Origin: an uncultured Bacteroidales bacterium
GTDB taxonomy: Bacteria; Bacteroidota; Bacteroidia; Bacteroidales; UBA1402
Reading direction: 5' to 3'
DNA length: 64,000 nt
Assembly: GCA_942493385.1 (NCBI GenBank)
Contig: OW818699.1
Location: 2,454,808-2,518,807, forward strand
The notes under the pieces were generated by a model. That model ran no database searches. It was given only the letters and a program-made list of their open reading frames with translations, and was not told where the DNA came from. Of this stretch, positions 37,385 to 46,994 are shown in pieces (the stretch's first letter is position 1; every line of letters begins with the position of its first letter). The translations under genes were made by a program, and so were the position numbers.

Positions 37385-38419
37385 ATGAGAAGTTTTGCCT
37401 CCGATAATAATTCCGGTGTCCATCCCAAGGTTTTGGAAGCCCTTCAACAAGCCAACAACGGCCATGCCATCGGGTATGGGGACGATCCATGGACGGAAGA
37501 AGCACTTCTACTTTTTAAACAAACATTTGGACCAGAAACCGAATCGTTCGTGGTATTAAACGGAACCGGAGCCAATATTGCCGCTTTGCAACTAACGACC
37601 AGGTCTTTCAACTCAATTATTTCCTCCGATACCGCCCATATTTTAGTGGATGAATGCGGTGCGCCCGTAAAAAGTACCGGTTGCCCCATCTTTTCCATTC
37701 CGACACCAGACGGCAAACTGACTCCGGCAATGATCCGTCAAAAACTCCATGGATTCGGTGATCAGCACCATTCCCAGCCTGGCGTGGTCTATATTTCCCA
37801 GTGTACGGAACTGGGTACTGTTTATACCCCCGAAGAAATTCGTGAAATAACCGCTTTAGCCCATCAATACGGACTTTACGTGCACATGGACGGTGCCAGG
37901 ATTGCCAATGCAGCCGCTGCTTTGAAGGTTTCCCTTAGGGCTCTGACTACCGATTGTGGTGTGGACATTCTAAGCTTCGGTGGTACTAAAAACGGGCTGA
38001 TGATGGGGGAGAGCCTTGTCATTTTAAACAAGGAGCTTTGCAAAAATGCCCATTTCATTCGAAAACAATCGGCTCAGCTGGCATCCAAGATGCGCTACCT
38101 GTCCGTTCAATTCAGCACATACCTGCAAAACGATTTCTGGTTGACAAATGCCGCTCATGCCAATGAAATGGCCAAATTGTTGTATCATGAACTCAGCAAA
38201 TACCCGGAAGTCAGGTTCACTCAGAAACCTGAAACAAATGCCCTCTTCCTGACCTTGCCAAGACCCGTCATTGACGAACTTCTCAAGCAATGGTTCTTCT
38301 ATTTTTGGAACGAAGCCAACAACGAGATTCGTCTGGTTTGTTCCTTTGATACCACGAAAGAAGATGTTTCAGCATTTTTAACCGATTTAGATAATGCTTT
38401 TATAAACTATTCATTATGA
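37385..38419 (+). CDS. ltaE: Low-specificity L-threonine aldolase (PLP, beta-eliminating lyase fold)
   Basis: MRSFASDNNSGVHPKVLEAL N-terminus and the FGGTKNG PLP-lysine region. Confidence 0.85.
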   Translation: MRSFASDNNSGVHPKVLEALQQANNGHAIGYGDDPWTEEALLLFKQTFGPETESFVVLNGTGANIAALQLTTRSFNSIISSDTAHILVDECGAPVKSTGCPIFSIPTPDGKLTPAMIRQKLHGFGDQHHSQPGVVYISQCTELGTVYTPEEIREITALAHQYGLYVHMDGARIANAAAALKVSLRALTTDCGVDILSFGGTKNGLMMGESLVILNKELCKNAHFIRKQSAQLASKMRYLSVQFSTYLQNDFWLTNAAHANEMAKLLYHELSKYPEVRFTQKPETNALFLTLPRPVIDELLKQWFFYFWNEANNEIRLVCSFDTTKEDVSAFLTDLDNAFINYSL

Positions 38420-39576
38420 AAAAATTACTGCTATTTATCTATTGTTTAGGTTTAAGCTTGGTTGTCTCAGCAAAGGGTGAAACACCCCTTATTTCAGGGA
38501 CCATCAAAGGCTTTGGAAACGACACTGTTTTTATACGGTACATCGAACTGACCAACCCCACGTTGAAAAGGGTTGATACCGTTTTTGCAGTCAAGGATCG
38601 ATTCAGCTATTCCAAAAAGTTGGCTGCAGCTACGGAATTCACCCTCTATACGAACCACAGTTTTTTGAAGCGATTCAACGGCCGGATGTACCTGCCTGAA
38701 ACACGCATGATCAAACTTATTCTGAAACCAGGTGGTTCAGTGACATTAAACGGTGTGCTGGACAAAACCGTACTCACCTATACTGCAAAGGGCGACGTTT
38801 TTAATGAAACCTTTGCCAGTCGCAGAACCAATAGTCTGAAAATCAAGGCCGATCTCGTACGAAAGGAATTGCAAATCGACTCCATGGCCTACAGCGGTGT
38901 CGATGAGAAAATCGTGGACAAGCTTGATGCCGAACTCCAAATTGAACGGATAAAATCGCAACAAACTGATTTGGAATACATTAGAACGAATCCAACACAA
39001 GATTTATCAGCCTATTATCTGAACGCCATGCCCATGGATACCTTCCTCGTTTATGTAAAAACGCTGGATCCTAAAGTTCGTACAGGCATTTTGGCCAAAG
39101 GTCTGGACATTCAGCAAGAGCAGATGCAAAAGTTCAAAGCGATTGAGGAAGCTCAGAAAAGAGTCAGTGTTGGCAGCATCGCACCCGATTTCGAATTGAA
39201 TTCCATCAACGGAAACAAAGTGAAACTCTCTGATTTAAAGGGTAAATTCATTGTGATCGACTTCTGGGGTGCCTGGTGCTTCTGGTGCATGAAAGGTGTG
39301 CCACAAATGAAAGAATATTACGCCAAATACAAGGATAAAGTGGAATTCATCGGCGTGGATGTGCGTGATACAGAAGCGGTTTGGAAATCAACGGTTGCTA
39401 AGAACGAGATGAACTGGGTGCATGTGATGAACCTTACAACTGTTGACGTTCCTGTTCTGTATGGTGTTTCAGGCTATCCTACCAAGTTTATTTTGGATCC
39501 CGAAATGCACATCGTTGCCCGCATTATTGGAGAAAGCCCTGAATTTTACAAAAAACTGGACGAATTGTTCAAATAA
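38416..39576 (+). CDS. TlpA-like thiol:disulfide oxidoreductase with N-terminal DUF4369-like domain
   Basis: Thioredoxin-fold CxxC in DFWGAWCFWCMKGVP. Signal peptide. ATGA overlap with the ltaE stop. Confidence 0.82.
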   Translation: MKKLLLFIYCLGLSLVVSAKGETPLISGTIKGFGNDTVFIRYIELTNPTLKRVDTVFAVKDRFSYSKKLAAATEFTLYTNHSFLKRFNGRMYLPETRMIKLILKPGGSVTLNGVLDKTVLTYTAKGDVFNETFASRRTNSLKIKADLVRKELQIDSMAYSGVDEKIVDKLDAELQIERIKSQQTDLEYIRTNPTQDLSAYYLNAMPMDTFLVYVKTLDPKVRTGILAKGLDIQQEQMQKFKAIEEAQKRVSVGSIAPDFELNSINGNKVKLSDLKGKFIVIDFWGAWCFWCMKGVPQMKEYYAKYKDKVEFIGVDVRDTEAVWKSTVAKNEMNWVHVMNLTTVDVPVLYGVSGYPTKFILDPEMHIVARIIGESPEFYKKLDELFK

Positions 39577-39584
39577 GAATTCGT

Positions 39585-42356
39585 ATGAAGAACTGCCATG
39601 CTTTCCTATTGATTTCATTTATCTTAGCATGGTATGCACCTGATACCAAAGCTGATACCGTACTATTCAACGAGATGTTCGAAACTGGCTTGCCAATTTC
39701 GGCACCTGTAACTGAAACCAATGCCACCCTGAATTCCGGTATCTGGAAAATCAAAGGTGTCTATGTCAAAGCCGATAATGGAAGCAACAGAGCGTGTATG
39801 AATGCAGCTGGTGCTTACTTGATTTCGCCGCTTGTCAACAAACCAACCTTGCTTACTTTCAATCACAGGGCCAGTGGCAATTACAAAGAGCTGTCGGTTG
39901 AAAAGTCACTGAACAACGGCACATCGTGGACCTTGGTAGGCAAGGTGAGTGCCGGTTCATCATCCTCTTATGGAACGGCTTCCATGTCGGTCAACGAGCC
40001 TGGTTCAAAAAATGTGCTGATTCGTTTTACTTGCGCCTCAGCCACCATTTATGTGGACAATGTCAACCTTTCCGTTTCGGAAATGGGGGATGAACCGACC
40101 ACGCCTTCTGGCCTAACAGCCAGCAATATAACCGGAACATCGCTGAAGATAGGCTTTCAAAAAGGAAACGGAACGGGTCGATTGCTGGTCTGTTCAAAAG
40201 GCAGCGCAGTAACTTGGATGCCTTCTGACGGAACTGCCTACCTTGGTTTCCCTAAAGTATTGGAACCGAACGTGACAGCATATTGTTCGGACAATTCAGA
40301 CAGCATAATCGTTTCCGGCTTGCAACCTGGTGCAACCTATCATTTTGCCGCTTACGAATACAATGGAACGGATACTGGCCGAAATTACTTGACCTCCAAT
40401 CCGGGCAGGCTGGAGCAAAAGATGCTGGAAGTCCCTGGCATCAGTACGAGCGTCGCCTCCATAGGGTTCGGTCCCATTTTGATCAATACCACTACAACTA
40501 GAAGCTTCTACCTGACAGCCAGTTATTTGCAACCTTTATCGGATTCAATTACGGTGACATGTTCCAATCCCTTCCGCATATCCAAAAACCTGATGGAAGG
40601 CTATTCACAAGCCTTGAAACTGGGTTACTCGGGTTCCAAACTCGATTCAACAACACTTTATGTGCAGTTTCTGCCCACAACGATTTCGTCCAATTTGGCA
40701 AGCTTGATTTTAAGTGGTGGAGGCGCAAATGCACAGATTTCTTTGACCGGTACAGGATCCTTATCTACCGCAAAAACGTATTTTATTGCACCAACAGGAA
40801 ATGATGCTGGGGATGGCAGCTTTGAATCCCCTTGGTTCAATCTGCAAAAAGCGGTGGATGCAGCGGTAGCAGGCGATTCCATTGTTTGTCGCGGTGGCAT
40901 TTATTATCCGACCATGATGAAATCTGGCGGTGAAACGACCGTTCGACTTGCCACATCCGGTATGGCAGCCAAACGCATTTCCATCGTTGCTTACTCGGGT
41001 GAATTTCCGATATTCAACTTCAAACACCAACCCAAAAAGCTTGGTATCAGAGGAATGACCATTACTGGTAGCTATTGGTACATTCGCGGATTGCACATAA
41101 CGGAAGCTGGGGACAATGCCATCAAAGTGGAAGGAAATCACAACCTGATCGAAAAATGTACGTTCAGTTACAACGACGACACCGGCGTTCAATTGGGTTT
41201 CGGACATGACTTTTCGGTAGCCGGATTTGGATCGAACAACGATGGCAGCCATTGTGCTTACAACGACATTGTGGATTGTGACTCCTATTTGAACTGCGAT
41301 GCCGACAATTTTGGTAGTGACGCGGATGGTTTTGCCTGTAAGATGCACAATGGTTTGATGAACCGTTTCATTCGTTGTCGCGCTTGGGACAATGCGGACG
41401 ATGCCTGGGACTTGTATGAAACTGATTATCCGGTGTACATCATCGAATGCTGGGCTTGGGGTTCAGGACGTGCCGAAAACTTCACTTGGGTAGACAATGC
41501 TGGCTCCTTCCAAGGCAACGGCAATGGAGTCAAACTGGGTGGAAACGGCACTGGTGGCTCTTCCAGGGGCAAACATGAAGTGTACAATTCCGTGGCTTTC
41601 AATTGCAATAAATCTGGCTCGGTGAAAGGTTTTGACCAGAATTCACATACGGACGGCGTGAAATTGGTGAACTGCCTGGCTTTTGGCTGCGGCTATGATT
41701 TCATGTTTGAGAAGAACAGCAACGATTGCGAATACTACAACAACGTTTGCTTCGGTAACATTGAAATTGCTGCCGGTAGTTTAAACAGCAACAACGCCAT
41801 GCTTTCCACCACGACGGAAGCTTGGAGCAATACGGTCGGCGGTTTTACTTTCAACGATTACATCAGTTTGACGGAGGCCGATGCCAAGGCTCCCAGAGGT
41901 GCCGACGGCAGCATGCCTACACGTTTTGCTCGGCTTAAAAGCGGTAGCGTATTGATTGACAAGGGATTGTACAAGGCGACTCCATTTACGACGGAGTTTC
42001 CGTTTGTAAAGCAAACCACCTATGGTGCTGCCCCCGATTTGGGACCGTATGAATTGCAGGAAGGTTCGGTAACCGGTGTTCAATTGTTGATGAACAAAAA
42101 TGCAGGTTTCGACCTAAAGGTTTTAAATCGAGATGGCCTGAATGCGAAATTCAGTACCGGCTTTGCAGGGGTGGCAAAAGTGACCATTTTTTCGTTGGGT
42201 GGAAACCCAATTACAGTCGCCTGGAGCGGAAAAGTAGAGGCAGGAGCCGAATACGAACTGCCCCTGCCTGTCAACCAGCTCCAAGCTGGCATGTACCTTT
42301 GCCAATTGAAATGCGGTTCTCTGTCGAAAACCTGCAAATTACTGGTTGTTAGATGA
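39585..42356 (+). CDS. T9SS-secreted multidomain protein with right-handed beta-helix (polysaccharide-lyase-like) domain
   Basis: Beta-helix entry motif YFIAPTGNDAGDGSFESPWFNLQKAVDA, then DADGFACKMH..RAWDNADDAWDLYE. C-terminal type A sorting domain ..GMYLCQLKCGSLSKTCKLLVVR. Signal peptide. Confidence 0.78.
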   Translation: MKNCHAFLLISFILAWYAPDTKADTVLFNEMFETGLPISAPVTETNATLNSGIWKIKGVYVKADNGSNRACMNAAGAYLISPLVNKPTLLTFNHRASGNYKELSVEKSLNNGTSWTLVGKVSAGSSSSYGTASMSVNEPGSKNVLIRFTCASATIYVDNVNLSVSEMGDEPTTPSGLTASNITGTSLKIGFQKGNGTGRLLVCSKGSAVTWMPSDGTAYLGFPKVLEPNVTAYCSDNSDSIIVSGLQPGATYHFAAYEYNGTDTGRNYLTSNPGRLEQKMLEVPGISTSVASIGFGPILINTTTTRSFYLTASYLQPLSDSITVTCSNPFRISKNLMEGYSQALKLGYSGSKLDSTTLYVQFLPTTISSNLASLILSGGGANAQISLTGTGSLSTAKTYFIAPTGNDAGDGSFESPWFNLQKAVDAAVAGDSIVCRGGIYYPTMMKSGGETTVRLATSGMAAKRISIVAYSGEFPIFNFKHQPKKLGIRGMTITGSYWYIRGLHITEAGDNAIKVEGNHNLIEKCTFSYNDDTGVQLGFGHDFSVAGFGSNNDGSHCAYNDIVDCDSYLNCDADNFGSDADGFACKMHNGLMNRFIRCRAWDNADDAWDLYETDYPVYIIECWAWGSGRAENFTWVDNAGSFQGNGNGVKLGGNGTGGSSRGKHEVYNSVAFNCNKSGSVKGFDQNSHTDGVKLVNCLAFGCGYDFMFEKNSNDCEYYNNVCFGNIEIAAGSLNSNNAMLSTTTEAWSNTVGGFTFNDYISLTEADAKAPRGADGSMPTRFARLKSGSVLIDKGLYKATPFTTEFPFVKQTTYGAAPDLGPYELQEGSVTGVQLLMNKNAGFDLKVLNRDGLNAKFSTGFAGVAKVTIFSLGGNPITVAWSGKVEAGAEYELPLPVNQLQAGMYLCQLKCGSLSKTCKLLVVR

Positions 42357-43343
42357 TTTGCTGAAACTAAGGCGAATGTTACCTCCCGGACAGGATATCC
42401 TGACCGGAATTCCACCACCATTGATCTGACCAGAAACATGATCGGGCGTGGAAGTACCTTGAAAATTGTTCAAGTTAGTATCAATGTTGCTACCAGAAAG
42501 TTCCAGGTTCATGCCAACTTCAGGAAGTTCGCAATTGATCGATCCGCCATTGGTTTCCAGAAACAGCTTTTGAGAAAGGTTTTTCAACTGTGCATGAACA
42601 TTTCCACCACTGGTACGGGCTGAAACGGAGCCATCCATGTTTTCCAAACGGATGTTGCCGCCTGAAGTTGAAACTTCGGCTAGTCCTTTGTGATTTTCCA
42701 AACTGATGTTGCCGCCACTGGTTTCAGCTTTCAAGTCTCCGTCGATATTTTCACCGACGATGTTCCCCCCCGACGTAGATACATTCGTTTTACCTGTGAG
42801 TTTCTCCATACTAATGTTGCCACCGGAAGTATGGGCAATCGAATTTCCTTTGATTTTCTCCATGCTGATGTTTCCACCGCTAGTGTTCATCTCCTGAAGA
42901 CCTTCAAGATTCGCAAGTTCTAGATTGCCGCCACTGGTTGATATGCTGCATGCCGTTTTTTCGGGGGTTTCCACGATAAAGCCTACACTCATGTTTTTTC
43001 GGAATATTTCCTTGATCTGAATGGAAAGTTCTGGTCCTTCTTTGGTGATGACGAAAGAGGCATATTTCTTGAGTTCGTCCAACGTCATTTCAACAACATC
43101 ACCATTGCTTTTAGTAACGACAAAGGCAACTTTCACCCGATTTCCACCATAACCCTTCACCTCGATGTTGCCACCAACAGTGCCCAGACTCAGATGAATG
43201 CCTACAGGTGACTCATATTCCTGAATAAAGGAGAATTTTTCTTTGGTGATCTTGAATTCACCCGGTTTTTCGACAACAACCCGACCTATGCAGGAATAAA
43301 TCGAAAGAGATAGGAGCAGGAGCAATACAATTGGTGTTTTCAT
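42339..43343 (-). CDS. DUF4097-like beta-strand repeat protein (putative adhesin fold)
   Basis: Lipoprotein-like signal (LSIYSC). About eight consecutive 18-aa units with the motif TSGGNI (e.g. NTSGGNISMEKIKG, HTSGGNISMEKLTG). Confidence 0.75.
   Translation of the reverse strand: MKTPIVLLLLLSLSIYSCIGRVVVEKPGEFKITKEKFSFIQEYESPVGIHLSLGTVGGNIEVKGYGGNRVKVAFVVTKSNGDVVEMTLDELKKYASFVITKEGPELSIQIKEIFRKNMSVGFIVETPEKTACSISTSGGNLELANLEGLQEMNTSGGNISMEKIKGNSIAHTSGGNISMEKLTGKTNVSTSGGNIVGENIDGDLKAETSGGNISLENHKGLAEVSTSGGNIRLENMDGSVSARTSGGNVHAQLKNLSQKLFLETNGGSINCELPEVGMNLELSGSNIDTNLNNFQGTSTPDHVSGQINGGGIPVRISCPGGNIRLSFSKSSNNQ
42597..42974 (-). repeat. Seven in-phase 54-bp coding repeats (TSGGNI units)
   Basis: Plus-strand motif (G/A)ATGTT(G/T)CC(G/A)CC or a close variant recurs at 42597, 42651, 42705, 42759, 42813, 42867 and 42921, exactly 54 nt apart. 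Confidence 0.85.
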
Positions 43344-43360
43344 AGCTGCTGAATTTTTGA

Positions 43361-43789
43361 TTAATAATATGTTAGACGAATCGGAATGCGAAGTGTTACA
43401 TTTTTTTTCAATAAAAATGAGAAGTCACTCAAAACAGGCCTTTTGATGCCATGGTGTACATAATTGGAGAAACCGACACCTTCTTTTGGTAGAATGAATT
43501 TGTAATCCAGTTTACCATTTTTGTTTTCGTCGTCCAATAAGGCTATGCCATACGAGCCAGGCGGAATGCTGTCCAGTCGGACCACCAAATTGCCGTTTAG
43601 AACGTTTGTCTTGCTGAGAAGTCGTTCAAAGGCAGGCTTTTCTGATTTGAAGTTTGTTTCACTTACAAAGAATGCCAATCGAATCAAACCGTCCTTGTTT
43701 CGGATGCCTGACAATTCGACGATCAGCGTTTGCGAAAATGAGCTGAGCGACAGCAAAAAGAAAATTGCAAAAAGGAAGCGGTGTTTCAT
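43361..43789 (-). CDS. DUF2141-like secreted protein
   Basis: Signal peptide MKHRFLFAIFFLLSLSSFSQ. Motifs IRNKDGLIRLAFF and NGKLDYKFILPKEGVGFSN. Start set at ATG 43789 because the -7 box overlaps the longer track ORF. Confidence 0.65.
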   Translation of the reverse strand: MKHRFLFAIFFLLSLSSFSQTLIVELSGIRNKDGLIRLAFFVSETNFKSEKPAFERLLSKTNVLNGNLVVRLDSIPPGSYGIALLDDENKNGKLDYKFILPKEGVGFSNYVHHGIKRPVLSDFSFLLKKNVTLRIPIRLTYY

Positions 43790-43822
43790 GGTATCCGTTT
43801 TAATGAAACCAATCGATAAACA

Positions 43823-43830
43823 CAAAGATA
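43823..43830 (-). promoter_or_regulatory. -7 box TATCTTTG for DUF2141-DUF4097
   Basis: Plus strand reads CAAAGATA. 34 nt upstream of ATG 43789. Confidence 0.45.
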
Positions 43831-43866
43831 GGATGGTTTAACTCAAATTGTACTCGAATATTGAAT

Positions 43867-46038
43867 TCAATAAAGTGTCTTCCTCAAACCATTCGCTTCG
43901 CAATAATCCGCTATGATGGTGAGAATCTGCACCCCGAATTGTTGTACTTTCTTATCGCCAAGACCTTTGATTTGCTTGAGCTCACTAAGGCTTTGGGGCA
44001 TGGTACGCACAAGTTCCAGCATTGACTTCTGAGGTAGAACCAAATAAACCGGATGTTTCATTTCGGCCGCTTTCTGATTGCGCCATTGCTTCAATAGGAT
44101 GAAAAGATCCGGATGCAGTATTTCGGTGGAGCATGCTTCCTCGATGGTTTGGATGGACTTGGGTGCTTTTTTGCTGGCTTTGGGTGCCAAGGCCTTGTCA
44201 ATGCCGGCTCTGGCCTTGACATCCAGAAAAGCGGATACCCCAAATCCCTCTTTGACCGCATTCAGGCAGGTCAGTTTGAACCGAAGTTCATCGTCCAGCT
44301 TTTCGGCCGCATCGAGGATGCTTTTTCGAACCGCTTTGTTGTCGCATTCAAGTACGAAACGATCAAAGAATTCCTTTGAAATGGACTGAACTTTTTCTGA
44401 AAAGTAAACGCAGCCTTTCATCAAGCGATCTTGCAACTCCAAATTGGAAAGCGTGTCTGAATTCAAAACCAACAGCCTGTCAATCTGATTGATGAAACTC
44501 CGAGCTACATCCATGACTTCCTCACGAAGCCTATCGGTAACCTCCCTGCATACCCGATGCGGGTTGCCCTGAAGAATCGACTCGTTTTCACGGACCAGCT
44601 TGGTACAATAATCCAGCCGCTGCCGTATGGGTACGAAATCGATCAGTTCGTGCAACAATTCACGTTCAAAGGCATATCTGGCTTTCTGCAAATCGTTTTC
44701 GTTGGGCTGGTTCGATTCGACAACTTCCAGAAAATGCTGGATGTTGTTGTCTGTCTTTAAACGACGGGCATCAATGGGCGTTCTCAGAACCATGCCTTCC
44801 AGATTCCGGCAGCGGCTGAGCGCCACATAAACCTGCCCGTGGGCAAAGGCTGAATTGGCATCGATGATGGCTTTTTCGAACGTCAGGCCCTGACTTTTGT
44901 GGATGGTGATGGCCCAAGCAAGCTTCAAAGGCATCTGTTTGAATGTTCCAATCAGGTTTTCCCGAATTTCTTCCGTTTCAGGGTCGATGGTGTAGGTGTA
45001 ATTATGCCATTCCACGGCTTCGGTGATAATTTCCTCTCCACCTGGACAAGTCACCGTGATCAAATCGCCCTCGATGTTGGTGATGGTTCCGATTTTTCCG
45101 TTGTAAAAACGTTTTTCACGGCTTACGTCGTTGCGCGCAAACATGACTTGAGCACCTGTTTTGAGCATCAATCTGGCGTCGGTGGGGAAGGAGTACTCCG
45201 GAAAAACGCCGGTCACTTCTGCCCTGAATTCGGACATTGGAGCATTAAGCGCTTGAAGCTTCACGTCATTGATTCGGTTTGACTGCACGTTATGAGTTGT
45301 CAATGTAATGTAGCCTTCGTCCGGGTCCGGTTCAAAATCGGGCATACATCGACTGTTGAGCAATTCGATTCCTGCCTTGTCCAGTTTGTTTTCACGTATT
45401 TGATTGAGCAAATGAATGAATCGTGCATCACTTTGTCGGAAAATATGTTGCAGTTCGATGGTGACAAAATTGGTTTTGGCCAATGCCTGACTACTAAAAA
45501 AGAAGGGTGTTTCGTAGTGCTCTTTCAGCAGAACCCATTCCTCATCCTTGACCACGGGTGCCAGTTGCTGCAAATCACCGATCATCAGCAATTGAACGCC
45601 TCCAAAAGGCTTGTAACGGTGCTTGTACCGCCTCAGCACCCTGTCAATGGCATCCAGCAAATCCGCCCTGACCATGCTTATTTCATCTATGACAAGCAAA
45701 TCCAGACTGCGAATGATGTTGATTTTGTCTCGGCTGAACTTGTTCATGTCAATGGTCCGTGCACTCCCGGATTCCACCGATTGCTGCGACAAGATTTGCG
45801 GTCCGAAAGGCAGTTGAAAGAACGAATGGATGGTCACTCCACCGGCATTGATGGCAGCCACCCCTGTAGGCGCAGTCACCACCATCCGCTTGGGTGACAA
45901 CTCCCGCAAACGCTTCAGAAAAGTCGTCTTTCCAGTGCCTGCTTTCCCGGTCAGGAACAAGTTTGCGCCCGTATATTGGATGAAATCGTGCGCCAACCGG
46001 AGTTGCCCAACTTCTGAGAAGTCGCTGGTGTTTACCAT
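43867..46038 (-). CDS. Pif1/RecD-family (SF1B) helicase with long C-terminal extension ending in an HRDC-like domain
   Basis: Walker A LTGKAGTGKTTFL, Pif1-type TAPTGVAAINAGGVTIHSFFQLPF, ITIHKSQGLTF. C-terminal ..LKQWRNQKAAEMKHPVYLVLPQKSMLELV..LKQIKGLGDKKVQQFG. Confidence 0.82.
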   Translation of the reverse strand: MVNTSDFSEVGQLRLAHDFIQYTGANLFLTGKAGTGKTTFLKRLRELSPKRMVVTAPTGVAAINAGGVTIHSFFQLPFGPQILSQQSVESGSARTIDMNKFSRDKINIIRSLDLLVIDEISMVRADLLDAIDRVLRRYKHRYKPFGGVQLLMIGDLQQLAPVVKDEEWVLLKEHYETPFFFSSQALAKTNFVTIELQHIFRQSDARFIHLLNQIRENKLDKAGIELLNSRCMPDFEPDPDEGYITLTTHNVQSNRINDVKLQALNAPMSEFRAEVTGVFPEYSFPTDARLMLKTGAQVMFARNDVSREKRFYNGKIGTITNIEGDLITVTCPGGEEIITEAVEWHNYTYTIDPETEEIRENLIGTFKQMPLKLAWAITIHKSQGLTFEKAIIDANSAFAHGQVYVALSRCRNLEGMVLRTPIDARRLKTDNNIQHFLEVVESNQPNENDLQKARYAFERELLHELIDFVPIRQRLDYCTKLVRENESILQGNPHRVCREVTDRLREEVMDVARSFINQIDRLLVLNSDTLSNLELQDRLMKGCVYFSEKVQSISKEFFDRFVLECDNKAVRKSILDAAEKLDDELRFKLTCLNAVKEGFGVSAFLDVKARAGIDKALAPKASKKAPKSIQTIEEACSTEILHPDLFILLKQWRNQKAAEMKHPVYLVLPQKSMLELVRTMPQSLSELKQIKGLGDKKVQQFGVQILTIIADYCEANGLRKTLY

Positions 46039-46071
46039 TGATCTGTATTTAATATTACTTTAATATGAACA

Positions 46072-46079
46072 CAAAGTTA
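46072..46079 (-). promoter_or_regulatory. -7 box TAACTTTG for the helicase gene
   Basis: Plus strand reads CAAAGTTA. 34 nt upstream of ATG 46038. Confidence 0.45.
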
Positions 46080-46186
46080 ATCATTAAATTGGATTCCACA
46101 ATACAAAACTACGGAATGCTCAAGAATTATTTTCATCAATGGCCAATAAAAATGCATTTTTCCTTTTCGCATAGCCGATTTTTTGG

Positions 46187-46194
46187 TAGTTTTG
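46187..46194 (+). promoter_or_regulatory. -7 box TAGTTTTG for the kdsB-led glycan operon
   Basis: Exact TAnnTTTG. 24 nt before ATG 46218. Confidence 0.45.
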
Positions 46195-46217
46195 AATGCA
46201 TTTTTAAATCCGGAACC

Positions 46218-46976
46218 ATGAAATTTTTAGGAATCATCCCAGCCCGATACGCTTCCACACGTTTTCCAGGAAAACCACTGGCAGATATTGGCGGGAAAAT
46301 GATGATACAGCGTGTATACGAACAGGTGAAATCCTGCCTGGACGATGTCTGGGTGGCTACGGACGATGAGCGGATAGCAGAAGCCGTGAGAGGCTTCGGT
46401 GGACAGGTCGTCATGACATCCGATCAGCACCGAAGCGGCACGGACCGATGCCTGGAAGCAGTGCAACGAATAAACGGTGACTATGAGGTCATCATCAACA
46501 TTCAAGGGGATGAACCCTTTATCCAACCTGCTCAGATTGAGGCGCTCAAGAATTGTTTCTTACAAGATGAATCAACCGAGTTGGCCACTTTAATAAAGCC
46601 TTTTACGGTGAAAGACGGCCTCGAAGCCTTACAAAATCCGAATTCGCCCAAAGTCGTTTTGAATCTCAAAGGGGAGGCCCTGTATTTCAGCCGTTCCGTC
46701 ATCCCGTACCTTCGAGGGGTGGAACCAGAACGTTGGCTTCAGCAAGGATCCTTTTACAAACACATCGGCATTTATGCCTACAAGGTCAAAACACTGGCTG
46801 AAATCGCCGCGCTGCCTCAATCACCGATGGAACTGGCTGAATCGTTGGAACAGCTTCGTTGGCTCGAAAACGGCTATAAAATCAAGACAGCCGTCACGGA
46901 TATTGAGAACCTGGCCGTTGACACACCGGAGGATCTCGAACGAATCAGGCAATATCTGAATGAAAAAACCGTTTGA
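46218..46976 (+). CDS. kdsB: 3-deoxy-manno-octulosonate cytidylyltransferase (CMP-Kdo synthetase)
   Basis: MKFLGIIPARYASTRFPGKPLADIGGKMMIQRVYEQ and NIQGDEPF motifs. 252 aa from ATG 46218; the track start 46065 lies upstream of the promoter box. Confidence 0.92.
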   Translation: MKFLGIIPARYASTRFPGKPLADIGGKMMIQRVYEQVKSCLDDVWVATDDERIAEAVRGFGGQVVMTSDQHRSGTDRCLEAVQRINGDYEVIINIQGDEPFIQPAQIEALKNCFLQDESTELATLIKPFTVKDGLEALQNPNSPKVVLNLKGEALYFSRSVIPYLRGVEPERWLQQGSFYKHIGIYAYKVKTLAEIAALPQSPMELAESLEQLRWLENGYKIKTAVTDIENLAVDTPEDLERIRQYLNEKTV

Positions 46977-46994
46977 TTTCTTAAGATAGCTACC

